From Marsupella aquatica (taxonomy: Eukaryota; Plantae; Marchantiophyta), in contig OZ316891.1 of the NCBI GenBank assembly GCA_973895155.1, forward strand, positions 27,967,145-28,031,144: DNA of 64,000 bases. Direction: 5' to 3'. Both the position numbers and the translations under genes were made by a program. Positions 1 through 12,859 of the stretch are shown here, piece after piece. Each line of letters begins with the position of its first letter. The first letter of the stretch is position 1. The notes under the pieces are model-generated. The model was not told the origin of the DNA, did not search any database, and worked only from the letters and a program-made list of their open reading frames with translations.

Positions 1-649
1 TCTTTTGTTGTTTTGGGGAAAGGCGCCTTACAAAATGGACTTTGTTATATCAGGTCAGAGTGGAATGCAAGGAGATGATTCAAACTACAGAGGAAGATCG
101 CGAGACACAACGTAGAAACACCGGAAAAACCATTTGTTCTTCCCTCCTATGCAGAGAAAGCCGCAAGGAAAGCAGAAAGTGCAAGGACACTTTGCTGGGA
201 AAACAAAGGTCTTCGGTTACGAAGGGGTGTTGACTGAAAGTTCATTAAACATCCTTATGTTGATGACTTCTCCCGCAGCCAGTACGTAGATGATGAGGCT
301 GTGTCCACGGACAGATCCCAGAGTACAGATTCTGGTTCCGACTTAGAATCTTCGGAACCGTGAGAAGTAGTGGGTAGTTGAGGCTAAATCTTTTAGCAGC
401 GCCCGACGCTTGTAACATCTGTATTATTTCCCTCTGTTGAGGGTCCTTTTAAATTGTTGATTTCTCTCTACTTGTTGATTACTTTTGACTTCTGTTCTTT
501 ACAAGCGCCTGGCGCTCGCCAAATGGAATCTCTAAATGGCCGTTTAGTCTTTGTTGTTTCCTGTCAACGGTCATCATCATTGGATACCAACTGCCATTTG
601 GATTGTGTTCTTTAGTCAGTCGTCGGAAAACCGTTGGGGACCATAGTTT

Positions 650-1000
650 CCGGACGATGATTCCATAGTTTAGGGACTGGGTGGAAGGGACGACTATAGT
701 TTCAGTTTAGGTTTGTTCGGGACGATGAGAGTTGGGGACGTCGATAGTTGAGGACGACGATAGTTTCGGGAGGATGATAGAACGGGACAATAGAACGGGA
801 CGATAGAACGGGAGGGGAGACTTTGTTTCGGGATGATGATAGAACGTGACGATAGAACGGGACGATACTTCGTTTGGGAAGACTTTGTTTCGGGAATATG
901 ATAGAACGGGATGTTAGAGCAGGGTGATAGAATGGGACGATACCTGTTACCAAGGTGAAGATAGTTTCGGGAGGCAATAGAACGGGACGATGATAGTTTG
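650..1000. repeat. Degenerate tandem array of a ~13-bp unit (GACGATAGAACGG / GACGATAGTTTCG)
   Basis: Many near-copies of gacgatagaacggga in 750-1000; they explain the repetitive SRSIVPFY ORFs on the minus strand. Confidence 0.8.
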
Positions 1001-1148
1001 ATGGTCGTTTCGAAACGGTAGTGTACGCGGACCTTTATCTGGCGTCTTAGTCTTCGCGGACCTTTCTTTGACCTTTGTCGGCTATAGCACTCGCGGACGA
1101 CGTTCTTATGGGAGGAGAGGTTACATATTAGATCAGGATCTTTGAAAC

Positions 1149-1610
1149 ATGGCGAGTCAATATGAGCCAATGGATTGGGAGGCAACTTTTCGTCCTTCTC
1201 GTGTGCGTCCGGAAGAGAGCCATTTCAGCTCTTTTGAATCGCGGATGGAGACTGAAGAAACTGAAACTTCCACTTTTCGGAACCGTCATGCTCTCCCGTA
1301 TGATGAGGCTATTAGTCCTGGAGAGAAGAACATCCCTTGGATTGTCGATTCCCCTGCGCCTCCGTTCTCTAGTCGGTTTTCATCTCACCCGGGAGTTCTT
1401 GTTGATGGGGTACTCCCAATCGATCGAAGAGTACAAGAAATGTTCGGGCGAGTTGATTTTAAGGACAGTAATATTCCTAATGAACATTTTATGAGGGCTG
1501 TTCGTCGAGGACCTTCAGAGGGATACGTTCGTTTGCGTGGTCTCGGCTTCAAGAAAGATCGGCGGAGAGAAGCAACAGGAGTGGATGATGATTGCAACTC
1601 GGAAAGCTAG
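1149..1610 (+). CDS. Hypothetical protein, 153 aa, no recognised domain
   Basis: ATG-to-TAG ORF with protein-like composition; no motif recognised. Confidence 0.3.
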   Translation: MASQYEPMDWEATFRPSRVRPEESHFSSFESRMETEETETSTFRNRHALPYDEAISPGEKNIPWIVDSPAPPFSSRFSSHPGVLVDGVLPIDRRVQEMFGRVDFKDSNIPNEHFMRAVRRGPSEGYVRLRGLGFKKDRRREATGVDDDCNSES

Positions 1611-2474
1611 ATGGAAATTTTGTTTTGCTGATCGCTTTAAGCTAGCGCCGGGCGCTGCTAAAGTTTTCCGGATTTTGTGGCATTGAAGTCGACCTCAGCT
1701 CTGGCGTTAGGGTTTTCCCGATTGTCTACTATTTAGGTTTTGGCTAGCGCCGGGCGCTATTGAAACGACAACGGATTTTGTGGGAGGGAATGGATCTTGA
1801 CTATGTTGTCTGGGTTTGGACGCATCTTGTCTCCAAGAAACGACTAGTTTTCTAGTTAGTTTTTGGCTAGCGCCGAGCGCTGTTCATGTATTAGTCAAAA
1901 ACCTCCGACGGTGTCGACCGTGACTTCATGGATGGGATTTTTAGGCCAGATTGTTGATGTTGATAACTGCATTTTGTATCACTTAAGTCGAGCGCGTTTT
2001 CTATTTTGCGATAATATATGCGAATGTTTTTTCCGGCCTTTCTTTTCTACTTGTATTTGTCTTGGATTTTGTGTATCTCAATTGGCAGCTGTCTTTTATG
2101 TTTCAAAAAATTGTTTCCGTGTTGTTCTTTTATTTATCACGAGGGTTTGGTGGTTTTGTTTTCTATTCTTGTACTTTCAAATGGAGATTTTGAGACCTTT
2201 TTTTAAGATCACTGTTCACGACCATCCAAACACTGTTCACTGGTAACAGCTCCTTTTAACTGGTACCAGAATCTGTTTCCTGTTACTGTTATCTGTTTGC
2301 TGTCGTTTGTAAATTCCCCATCGGAATGTACAGAGAAGCTCTTTGTATAGATTCATGTTATTTGATGAAGAGAATGCCTTTGATGTATCCTGAGAGACAA
2401 CTGAGATGCCTACCTTACTCCAGAGGATCCCCACGCCAAGCTGAGCTGATAGAGGTTACCCAGAATCAAACTAT

Positions 2475-2644
2475 TGTTGGACCATGACAAGATGGAAAAA
2501 GATCTCGTGTATACTCCCAAGGAGAAGAATAAGTACATGCGGCTTGAAGGCCGTTGCCCTGAGGCAGTTATCCTAACTGAGTTAGGTAGAACTCTAGTTA
2601 GGCAAGTAGAACTATGGTAAGTAGGTTTAACCTGGGTTACAACA
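2475..2644 (-). repeat. 3' LTR of copia-1
   Basis: Direct repeat of 8180-8349; adjacent PPT (plus ctcccccttggg, 2645-2656). Confidence 0.95.
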
Positions 2645-3194
2645 CTCCCCCTTGGGTATGACATTTTCCAGGGAAAAAGTTGTACCCATTCTAAACCTGC
2701 TTTGTTTCTACTGTATTCTTCTGATTTCTCCTATTTTATTTTCTCATCATGATATAGTTAGGGAATAGGATGTGACCTCCCTAAAACCTCCCCATCAATG
2801 GGAGGAAAGAGTATCACCATCCATGTTCCAAAAACAGTTGTAGACTAATCAGAATCCTAAAAAGAATTATGTCCTGAATAAACAGGGGTACTAAGGGTGT
2901 GTATGCCGTAACATGTGTGTATAGAGACGGTATCGTGAGTAAAGTCGTGTCATTTTAGTGGTGAGTAGTCGTATGGAAACTGCATCGTAAGCCCTAAAGT
3001 TAGTCATGGTGGGCCGCATTCGCTCGAGGCTCGTGAAGATGGTGGGCCATACTTTGGATGGTCGTGAGATGGTGGGTGCACAGCGTTTGGTCGAGCCCGT
3101 GAGCGCGGCTTTTTCGGACGTTGCGTGCATGTTGCTACGTAGACTCTCCAGGTGATGTGCTCCCCCTGGAACGTGGGGTCGATGAATATCAGGG

Positions 3195-6100
3195 CTACAA
3201 CAAAACTTTTAGGCTGCGCATTCCAATGGAGAAGGTTAATTTCTGATGCATAGCAGGTGGTAGGGCCTTGGTGAGTAGATCAGCTGAGTTCTCTGCACTT
3301 GAAATCCATCGCACATCGATTTGGTGTCCATTTTGTTCATGTGCAAAGAAAATTTTTGGTGCAATGTGCTTTGTTTTGTCGCCTTTGATGAAACCTGCTG
3401 CTATCTGTTCGACACAAGGCCGATTGTCTTCAAAGATGACAGTAGGCGCAGTTAGTGTATTCGTTCCTGTGCATTCGGCAATATGGTTGATTACATTCCT
3501 TAACCAAATGCACTCACGACTCGCTTCATACAGTGCTATGATTTCAGAATGGTTGGATGACGTCGTCGTTAATGTCTGCTTTGTGCTCTTCCAAGAGATT
3601 GCAGTGTTTCCTGTGAGAAAGATGTATCCCGTTTGTGATTTTGCGTCTGCAGGGTCTAACAAATATCCTGCATCGGCAAACCCGGTTAGTGTGATGCGAG
3701 ATTGTCGGGGGCAAAAGAGGCCCAGATCAGATGTACCGTGGAGGTATTTGAAGATCCGTTTGATTCCATTCCAATGCCGAATAGTCGGTTGTGAACTGTG
3801 CCTGGCAAGTAGATTGACTGCGAAGGCTATGTCTGGGCGGGTTTGGTTGGCAACAAACATGAGCGCCCCTATGGCTGACAGGTAAGGTTTCTCTGAACCA
3901 AGAAGTGGTTCTATTTCCTCTCTTTTGCGAATGATATCCTTTTCTTTGTCCAACGACCGTAGGTCCATTGGGGATCTTACTGCTTTGCTTGTCGACATGT
4001 GGAATTGTTGGAGCATTTTCTTGACGTACGTGGTCTGGTGGAGTAGTATTCCACTCGGGAGATGCTCAAACTGTAGGCCAAGGCAAAAAGTAGTTTGCCC
4101 CATGTCTCGCATTTCGAAAACACGTTTGAGTATGTGTATCGTTTCTAGCATAATCTTAGCGGTTCCGAACAGATTAAGATCGTCAACATATATAGCGGCG
4201 ATTATGAGTTCACTGCCCTCGCGTTTGATAAACACGCAGGGAGCTATCTCGCTGTTCTTGAAACCCATAGCTAGCATTTCATCCTTGAATTTGTAGTACC
4301 AGGTCCGGCCACTTTGCTTGAGGCCATACAGAGAACGTAAAACTTGTACAACAAATTTTGTCTTAGCAGGAAGTGCGGCGGTGGCGGGGTGTGCAGATTG
4401 CTGAATGAATGCAATTGCTTTTGAAGTCTTCTGTAGTATGGCATGATCAGTATGCCTGAATGAGTAGTCGTTGTTCTGGCTGACGTTTTCTGTGTTATTC
4501 TCCCCCTGACTATGATAATGTACTCTAGATATCAATTCTGGTGGGGCTTCCATGTGTATCGTTTTATCTAACGTGCCGTAGAGATAAGCTGTGACTATAT
4601 CCATTTGATGCATGGATAATTGATGGTGGAGTGCGAACGCAGTTAAATACCGGTACGTAATGACGTCCATGACTGGAGAATAGGTGAGGTCATAGTCTTT
4701 GCCGGGAATTTGTGTAAATCCCCTGGCCACTAATCGGGCCTTGTATCTCACGATTGTCCCTTTGGAATCTCATTTCTTTACGAACACCCACTTATATCCC
4801 GTAAGGTGTGTCTGTGGAGGGGCCCGAGTGATTGGTCCGAAGACCTGTCGGGAGATCAGTGAGTCTAGCTCAGATTTGATGGCTCTCTCCCAATGTTCCC
4901 AATCTTCTTGTTTCTGGGCTTCTGCAATCGTTCTGGGATTGGGTAAGTCCGCTATGATGTCTGGTGAGATTTGGAAAGCGAATCTATCGTCCATCTTTAA
5001 AGTAGATCGATCCCAGATGTGTCCGGTTTTATTATAATGTATGGAGATTTCCTCTCCTTGTTCTAATGATGGTGGCTGGAGTATGGCATTATTGACTGCA
5101 GGAATGGTGGGTTTTCTTTGGCGCGGGCGTTTGTCAGTGGAACCGAGTGGCCTGCCTCATTTCTGCCTTGGGACTACCTCGGCTGATGGCTGTCCATCGG
5201 TCTCAATTCTCGAAGGGGTATTGGCGGCTGGTACGTGCGATCGGGTGACCTGGGCTACATCCGCGAAGGAATCCGGGAGGTCTCCAAGTACCTTGGTAAG
5301 GTGGAGGATCCTTTGTACCTCGCGATCCGCTAGTGGGGTCCGAGGGTCATTCCAAAATTTGGAGTCAATCTGCCATTTTAATTGTTGGTTGTTCGTATTC
5401 TCGAGGTTTTGTGTGGTTCCCAGTTTAGGGAATACCGACTCATAGAAATGGCAATCTGCCATTCGTGCCTTATAAAGATCTGTCATGGTCGGGTCGAGAT
5501 ATCGTATGATGGACGGTGAGTCCAAACCAACATAAACGCCTTTCTGGCGTTGTGGACCAAGTTTGGTTCGTTTGGGACCCATGATCGGAACGAGGACTTC
5601 GCAGCCAAAGGTGCGAAAGTGTGATAAGTTGGGATTGGATCCGAAGGCTAAACTATGAGGAGATGCATCGTTAAATGTGGAGGGGCGATATTGTAGTAGA
5701 GTTGTTGCGTGAAGGACTGCGTGTCCCCAGGCTGTTTGTGGAAGATTGGTCTGCATGAGGAGTGGCCTCGCTACGGTTTGTATACGCTTAATCAATGATT
5801 CAGCCATCCCGTTTTGAAAGTGAACGTAGGGGACTGGGTACTCTAAGTCAATTCCAGCAGTCATGCAAAAATCTTCGAATGTTTTTGACGTAAATTCACC
5901 AGCGTTATCTACTCGAAGAGTTCTAATGGGATGCTCCGGGAACTGTGTCTTAAGTTTAAGTATATGGGCAAGGAGTCTAGAGAATACTAAATTTCGGGTG
6001 GAAAGGAGTGAAATTTGAGACCATTTCGAGGAGGCATCTACTATGGCCAGAAAGAATCGGAAGGGGCCACTGGGGGGGTCCACCGGTCCACATACGTCTG

Positions 6101-7757
6101 CATGAATTCTTTCTAGGAACTTGGGTATCCTTTTGTCAGTCTTCGTTGGGGATGGGCGAAGGACTAGCTTCCCTTGCGAGCAAGGTAAGCATGGTTCTTT
6201 CAATGAGGCTGGGTGCACTGAGGCGGGGATGCCTCGAGAATCTTTGAGGATCCTCTGGAACATTCGTAGGCCTGGGTGGCCGAGACGTCGATGCCATAGT
6301 TCTGTGGTGCTAATCAGTTGGGATATTACGTGGTAATTGTCTATTTTTGTTATATAAAAGCCTAATGGGAACGCCTTTAATGTTTCTTTGATCGTAGTTC
6401 CCGATGCAGTGGTCTCTAGTATATTCAACACCTCTTGGCCACTAATAGTGTTTGTCTGGATGTGGAATCCGTTCTCTCGGATATCCTTGAAACTTAGTAA
6501 GTTTCTTGTGGCTCGGGGGGCATAGATTGCAGAGCGTATGTGTATGGTTGTTTTCTGTGGTAAGATTACCATCGCAGGGCCATTTCCCTCTTCTAATTGA
6601 TGGTTGCCTAGGATAGTCGTGACACTTCTATCGGATGGATCAATGTATTTGAAATGTTTGCGCTCCCTGAGGATAGAGTGGGAAGTCCCACTGTCGACTA
6701 TGCAACAAGTAGGATCATCTAATGGATTATGTGCATCTGAAATAGGAGCTAAGTGTATTTATGGTCTTATCTCAGTGGAATCAAGAAATGCCCCATGTGA
6801 TTCTCGTGCGCCTTCGCCGATACTGGCTTTATAGAGCGCAACCAGATGTGCAGGTGCTCTACATTGTTTCTGGACATGACCTTTCGTTCCAAATCTGTAA
6901 CAGGTCATGGCTTCTTCTGGTTTCTGTGGGTGGCTGCGAGGATTTGATCTGACTTGCTGTGGCTGTTTCCAGGTATTGCTATTGTAGGTGTTTCGTGAAC
7001 GGCCGCGGCCCCTGCCTGATGCGCGAAATTGGCCTCGACCGTCACTCCTAAAATCGCCCCATCGGCCTCTAGAGGTATTTCTACCCCGTCCGTTGCCACG
7101 CCCTCTGTAGGAACTTCCGGGGTCAGTGCGTGGATTATTAAAATGGGTCTCCGTGTGGGGTTGGGGTGGTAAGGTACCCGGAGGCCTCTGCTTGGTGTTT
7201 TCCAGCAAAAGTATCTGGTGCTTTTCGGCAAGCAGCATATGGGCTATGAGCTCCGAGTATTTGGTAAAGTTCATGTTTTAGTATTGTGTTGAAATGACCA
7301 TGTTCGTAGAATGGAATGTAGAAAGAGTTTTTTCGATCTGTTCCTGATCATTCACTGGTTTTTGACAGACTGCGAGTTGGGAGGTAATGCGGAACAGCTC
7401 ACTATTGTAAGCTGCGATGGTTTTGTGATCTTGCACCCTCAGATTGATCCAATCGTGTAGGGCCGCCGGGAGGAAGATTGTTCGGGTATGGTCAAATCTA
7501 GAAAGGAGTGCTTCCCACAATCGGCGTGGGTTGAGCTCGTTTAGATATTGAAGCTTTAGTGGTTCAGTCAAATGTCGCCTGATTAAGATCAGCGCTTGAG
7601 CTCGCTCCTGTAAAGTAGATCTTGTGTCGGAGGTGATCGTGTCTGCAATGTCTTTGGATGTCAAGTGTGCCTCTATGTCCAATTGCCAAGAAAGATAGTT
7701 GGCGCCATCAATACTTAATGGCTGGAAATATAACTTTTCCATGGCTGCCGGAGGCAT
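3195..7757 (-). pseudogene. Copia gag-pol polyprotein, one frame with 4 premature stops
   Basis: Gag (LSIDGANYLSW), degenerate knuckle CYRFGTKGHVQKQC, protease IVDSGTSHS (~6680-6705), WHRRLGHP, integrase HADVCGP..RVDNAGEF..NGMAE, RT YKARLVARG/SLYGLKQSG/YVDD, RNase H FADA..KHIAPK. In-frame stops at 7278, 6759, 5157 and 4770. Confidence 0.95.
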
Positions 7758-8165
7758 GATTACTATGATTATATGTAGTATGCGTTTCAGTGGCGGAAAT
7801 ACAATTTGTCTAGATTGATGAATTCACAAATTGATGACATGAATAAATGGAATGTGAAGAGCTTTCGTAATTGGAGGTGTTAGCTGGAGTGGTCGATTGT
7901 AATTTGCGTTGGTTGCTGCACTCCAGCCTCTCGCTTTGTCTGATTGTCCGATCGCGTTGTGCACGGCTGCTTGCACGCTCGCCTTGCCTCTGTTCGTAGT
8001 CTTGAAAACTTCACGCGGCGAGTGTATTGCGTGCGCGTTGGACGTTCATGAGACGCAACGCTTCGTGCAAAACCTTCACGCGGTGACTAAAGATCGGACA
8101 AGTGTGAGCGTGGTTCGTAGAAGGGCAGAGGAAAAAAAAATTAAGGAAAAAAACCAGAGCACTAC

Positions 8166-8179
8166 TCGTGCTGATAACG
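8166..8179 (-). promoter_or_regulatory. Primer-binding site CGTTATCAGCACGA (half-tRNA-Ile type)
   Basis: Immediately inside the 5' LTR; identical 14-mer next to the copia-2 5' LTR. Confidence 0.85.
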
Positions 8180-8349
8180 TGTTGGACCATGACAAGATGG
8201 AAAAAGATCTCGTGGATACTCCCAAGGAGAAGAATAAGTACATGCGGCTTGAAGGCCGTTGCCCTGAGGCAGTTATCCTAACTGAGTTAGGTAGAACTCT
8301 AGTTAGGCAAGTAGAACTATGGTAAGTAGGTTTAACCTGGGTTACAACA
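8180..8349 (-). repeat. 5' LTR of copia-1
   Basis: Direct repeat of 2475-2644, followed on the minus strand by the PBS. Confidence 0.95.
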
Positions 8350-8609
8350 ACTATTACCCTTGTGGAGCTACTCGAACCAGAGGACATCCGACAGCAAGCT
8401 TGAAGAAGTCTTTAAGTATTTTTAGTTAGTTTTTAGAGTAGTGCATCTCATCTGATTTTTATAAAAGCGTTCTAGAGCTTTGGAAGCTGTCATACTTCTT
8501 TAGTGTATAGTCTGTACCTAGCAAAACCTCCTGGCAAAATCTCAGAGTTTTTTGACTTATAGTTAGGAAGTTAAAAATAGTTGAATTCATCAAATCTTTA
8601 CTTTACCGC

Positions 8610-8715
8610 GATTACGAGTTACGAGTCAATGACCTTACGAGTTTACGAGTTTACGTTTTTATGAGTTTACTAGTTTACGAGTATAAGTCATTTACTAGTT
8701 ACTAGTTTACGAGTT
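8610..8715. repeat. Short tandem array of TTACGAG(T)/TTACTAGT
   Basis: About ten 7-8-bp copies seen directly. Confidence 0.75.
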
Positions 8716-9710
8716 CAGACTTAGTCATTTTTCCGACTTTTCACTCACAGTTTTGTAGTTTTAAAATTTTGAGGGGTATGAAGAGGCATGTCTCTTCGAC
8801 CCTGTGACCTCTCACTCGGTAGATTTTTACTATAAGATACCTCCACCACTAGTGTAGTTTATGGTAAAGTCTAGCAATTTTTGCCTTTCCTTGGTGCTCT
8901 GCCAGTTGATCATGAATGTTAAGAGTTTGAGATCAAGCTTGACACCAGGAGAAGACTTTCCTCCTTCTTGTGGTTTAATCCTTTGAATAAATCATGGGAA
9001 GTAAAATTCCAATTGTGTAAATCTTATGAGATCTGATGACAGATTCCTCTTTGGGTGACTCATTACAATCTCCTGAGTTCTTGGAGTTAACTCACTGAGT
9101 TTAAGTCTTATTTGAAATTGATGGATTTTCTTTCATGTTGCTTAGTACCATCTAAATGTTGAAGTAGCTACCTTTTAGATCTTATCTGAGTACCATTTAG
9201 AAAGAAAGGATAAGACATGTTGACGGCATTTTAAAAGGTACTCTAGTAAACAGTTTAGATCTGAAAAGCAATATGGATTTGTATCCTTAAGTCTTTTCAT
9301 TTTGACTTATGTCTAAGGAGTAACCTTGGAAAATTCCAGACTCCCTTAGCATACTTTAAGATATTTTTTCTTGTGTTTTGTTAATCATTCCCTTTTCATT
9401 AATTTATGGTTACATGATGCTGAGTTGTCATTGAAAACCACTCACCGCTGTGGAGCGATCTTCAAAATACCTTATTAAAGTAATCAATTCTGATTACTAT
9501 GTGTTAAAGAGAGTTCTTAAACTCTCATTTGTGTTTTTATGTATCAAATCAACCCCATCTTGTTCTTTACGGGAACGAATACCGAGTTTGAAGACCTTTA
9601 AGTGTGTTTTTGGTTCTTCATAGCAAACTACAACTATTATCGCACATTAGAATCCTTTTTTTCCAACCCTTGAGTTGGGGATAACTGACTAGCTTTCCTT
9701 TTGGATTGTA

Positions 9711-12228
9711 GGATTGGTTGGCTCTGGCAAGAATGACTATGGGCAGGAAGGACTTGCGAAATGTATACTGGCTACTTTTTGCGGACAACGATCTTTTTGA
9801 GTTGTGGCGGTTAGTCTGTGAGATGTGGTTGCATGGGAAACTTCCTGATGGAGCTGGGATGGAAGGAAATAACAAGTCCAAAAAAGCAATTACCGTTGCC
9901 ATGTTTTGTCCCTTTGATGGTGAGTTGATCTCACAGAAAGACATCACAAAAATCCTGACACAAGTGAAGTCAGGAAAAGCATTGCTGAAGAAAGATGCCA
10001 CAAATAAATCTGACATACCCTCAATAGAGGAGCTTGCGAAGGATGTGAAAAAAGTGAGGAAGCTCAAGTCTCTCATTGAAGAGTACTACTTCGGCAAGGA
10101 TTCAAGGAATTTCCCTTCGAATATCGACTGGAAGAAAGTTGTAGAGGTTCTGCCATTGTTGAGTGTTGACGCAGAATTCAGTAGATGCAGAAGAGCGACT
10201 GGTGAAGTTTTTTTGTCAAATTTGTTGAAGCCAAATCATACCAGGGAGAGTGCAATCTTGCCAATAGCTCTGGTGATGCGCCTTGATAACATTTATTGCC
10301 AGAAGTTTGGCGGAGGGACACATTCTCGGAGCCAACCGTGGGTCACGTTCTTTAGTGACAATCTAATGAAAACAGTTGATCCACCAGCAATAGAAGAATC
10401 ATCTCCAACGTGCTTACTTGCCATTGTTGACTTCAGTCGAGATCACCAGAACCTGTGGACGGAAGCAGAAGTTTTGGTCTTTCTGCAATACATTGTGGAG
10501 CTACCACGAAATCTTACAATCGTTGTAGCCATAATTGTTCATCCGGGGCCTCTTGCAATGAATGTCCTAAGCTCACTTTGAAAATTGGGACAAGAGAAAT
10601 CTCTCACCATTCACATTGAGTATGGGAGTTATTCTCGAGAGGATCAACCGCACCCGCTTGATTCGTGTTGGGGAGGCGGAATTGAAGAAGTTATATTTGC
10701 AGGAATTTCTCAAGATGAAAATGTCAATTGGAATGATGTTTTCAAACCCAATCACCCAAAGCAAAAATTCTTTTTTGGTTCAAAAGATACTGATTTTGAG
10801 GTCACCAAGATTGACACTGGGAAGGCAAAGGTTGACACAGACGACGTGTCAAAACCCGAAGATCTAAAAATGATGTTGACCCCAAAAGAGGCGACCAAGG
10901 TTTTGCACATGGCCCCTCAATTTGAGATAGTTGGTGCTCATGGTGATTGGGTGAATCCACATGCCAAACCCACGTGGATGATATAGAGGATTATTGAATC
11001 CTTGTCAGAAGCTGGAGACTTGATTCTTGATTTTTTCTCGGGTGGTCAAGTGATGAAGACAGCATTCTTGGTGCAACGTGAATGCTTTGTTTATTGTGAC
11101 TCTCACGATGAGAGACACTTTGTGGAAGCGTATGCTTCATTCCTTTGCGAGAGGGTCCCCTCAATCAAGGAAAATTGGGATCCTCGTGGTGGGAGTTCTA
11201 GGCATTGGAAACCCACTATTGCGGATGTTTCTGCCGAACATGAATCAGCTGATAATTCTGAAGAAGTGGGCGCTAAGTCAGTCAAAGATGATGGGGCATC
11301 AGAGGTGGCGTATGCAAAGAATTTGGATGACCGTGTAGGTCAAAGTGAAAGCATAGAACCCTATGATGTTGATGATAACGTTGGTCTTGCACCACGCCCT
11401 TCATCAGGTGCAGATGACGTCCCTTTCGAACCCTATGAAGTTGAGGTTGATGACAACTTGGACAAGGATGGTCTCAATCCAAATGTGGTGCAACGAGAAA
11501 CGGACGGAATTGGTGATCCGATTGACATTGATACATTTGAAAATCGTTTGTCAACCAATTTGGTCACGGATGGTGGAGACAGACAGGTCAATTCGAATGA
11601 AGCTGACACCCAAAATTTGATTCCCGGGACGGTTGTCGAAGTATGTGAGATTCCCATGACCCCAGAAGCCCGTGCATCAGCGACTGTTGACAACCAGGCA
11701 GGTGCTTCAATTTGTCCTGACACACTCTTTTTAGCTTCTGATGACAAATTGGTTTTTGTTCGTTCACACTCGGGAAGTCTAGTTGTCCTTCCTCTCTCAA
11801 AGAAAAAAGGGAATAGAGTTGGATCAACCGGATGGAGGTCACTTGAACGTGATGCACGATATTATGTGTGGAAAAGTGGGCCAAATAGAGGCCAAGAAGT
11901 TTCATTGGATGCTGCTCCATCGATTCTTAACAGGAAGGAGTATAAGAGAGGAGAAAGGAGTATAAGAGAGGAGAATTGGGAGTGATAACTCCTGTTTGGA
12001 CATCACCTTATTGGGTAGAACAAAGTACTTCAGATGTCAATTTTGAAATCCAAGAGGAGCTGGGTGTTGACATTATTGATGAATACGGATCTCTTTTTTC
12101 AAACTGAGATCAAACCGTCTGACTTTCCATTTTTTCATACCAATCTAAAATACTTCTCGGTCTCACAGAATGCGGTCAGCAATTAGAGCCTCGATATCCA
12201 CCTACGCTCTTTGGGGCTTCTAAAAATG
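9711..12228 (+). pseudogene. Exon encoding a beta-class N6/N4 DNA-methyltransferase-like domain plus an acidic linker
   Basis: Acceptor ttgtag|9711; one frame through stops at 10579 and 10984; NPHAKPTWMI*RIIESLSEAGDLILDFFSGGQVMKTAFLVQR matches the KP..L.RII...S..GD.VLD.F.G.G motif X/I pattern; 20-bp duplication at 11936-11975; donor at 12229. Confidence 0.6.
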
Positions 12229-12724
12229 GTATGTAGGTTTTCTTTGTTGTTAGTCATTGTCTTGTATTTTTGGACTGAGACTATCTCAGTCCAAAGTTCA
12301 AATTTGGTTTTCTTTCTAAGAGTTGTATTTGTTGCACTTGCAGAATCGAGACCTTGTCCCATCAAGCGGAAGTTGCTGATTTTGGATCTTAACAAAATAC
12401 TTTGGGATTCACTTGAATTCCAAAGCAAGGGCAAATCCAGAAACATTGTGACCCCAAATGGAGTGCATTGGGATAGATCAAATGGAACTAGTCGCATGTA
12501 TACAGAGAGGCCAGGGCTCCATGAGTTTCTAAAGTTGGTTTTTGACCGGTTTGACATTGCAATTTGGACATGTGCTGGGATGCCGCAGACAGTGAAAATG
12601 TTGAACATGATGTTCACTGTTGAGGAGCGGTTGAAACTGAAGTTTGTATTCACACAGGTGGAAGCCTTTGACACATGCATTCAAAGGCGTGACATTACAA
12701 ATGGAAAGGCAAATGTGCTATTGA

Positions 12725-12859
12725 TGTTATACCCTAACTAGGATTAGATATCTTAACCCGAGTTAAGATCTAACCAAGATCTAACTCAACTACCTCATGT
12801 ATATATATTGGACACATGAATAAGATTCATTACATTGTTGGAGTATATGGTTTGTAACA
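12725..12859 (+). repeat. 5' LTR of copia-2
   Basis: TGTT..AACA, identical to 18324-18458. Confidence 0.95.

Larger units (their letters stand above)
2475..8349 (-). mobile_element. Ty1/copia LTR retrotransposon, Bianca-like (copia-1), full length
   Basis: 170-bp LTRs TGTT..AACA at 2475-2644 and 8180-8349 (one mismatch); TSD ACTAT at 2470-2474 and 8350-8354; PBS, PPT and gag-PR-INT-RT-RH order. Confidence 0.97.

Noticed and set aside
694-1185. Minus-strand ORFs with SRSIVPFY repeats
   Set aside because: Translation artefact of the 13-bp array.
3268-4296. Plus-strand ORFs opposite copia-1 RT, and similar antisense ORFs over the B ORFs
   Set aside because: Shadows of the coding strand with no motifs.
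6759-7280. Programmed gag-pol readthrough or frameshift in copia-1
   Set aside because: All segments are in one frame and copia-2 has a sense codon at the position equivalent to 7278; stops are best explained as mutations.
8166-8179. tRNA-Ile gene
   Set aside because: Only 14 nt match, no cloverleaf; it is the PBS.
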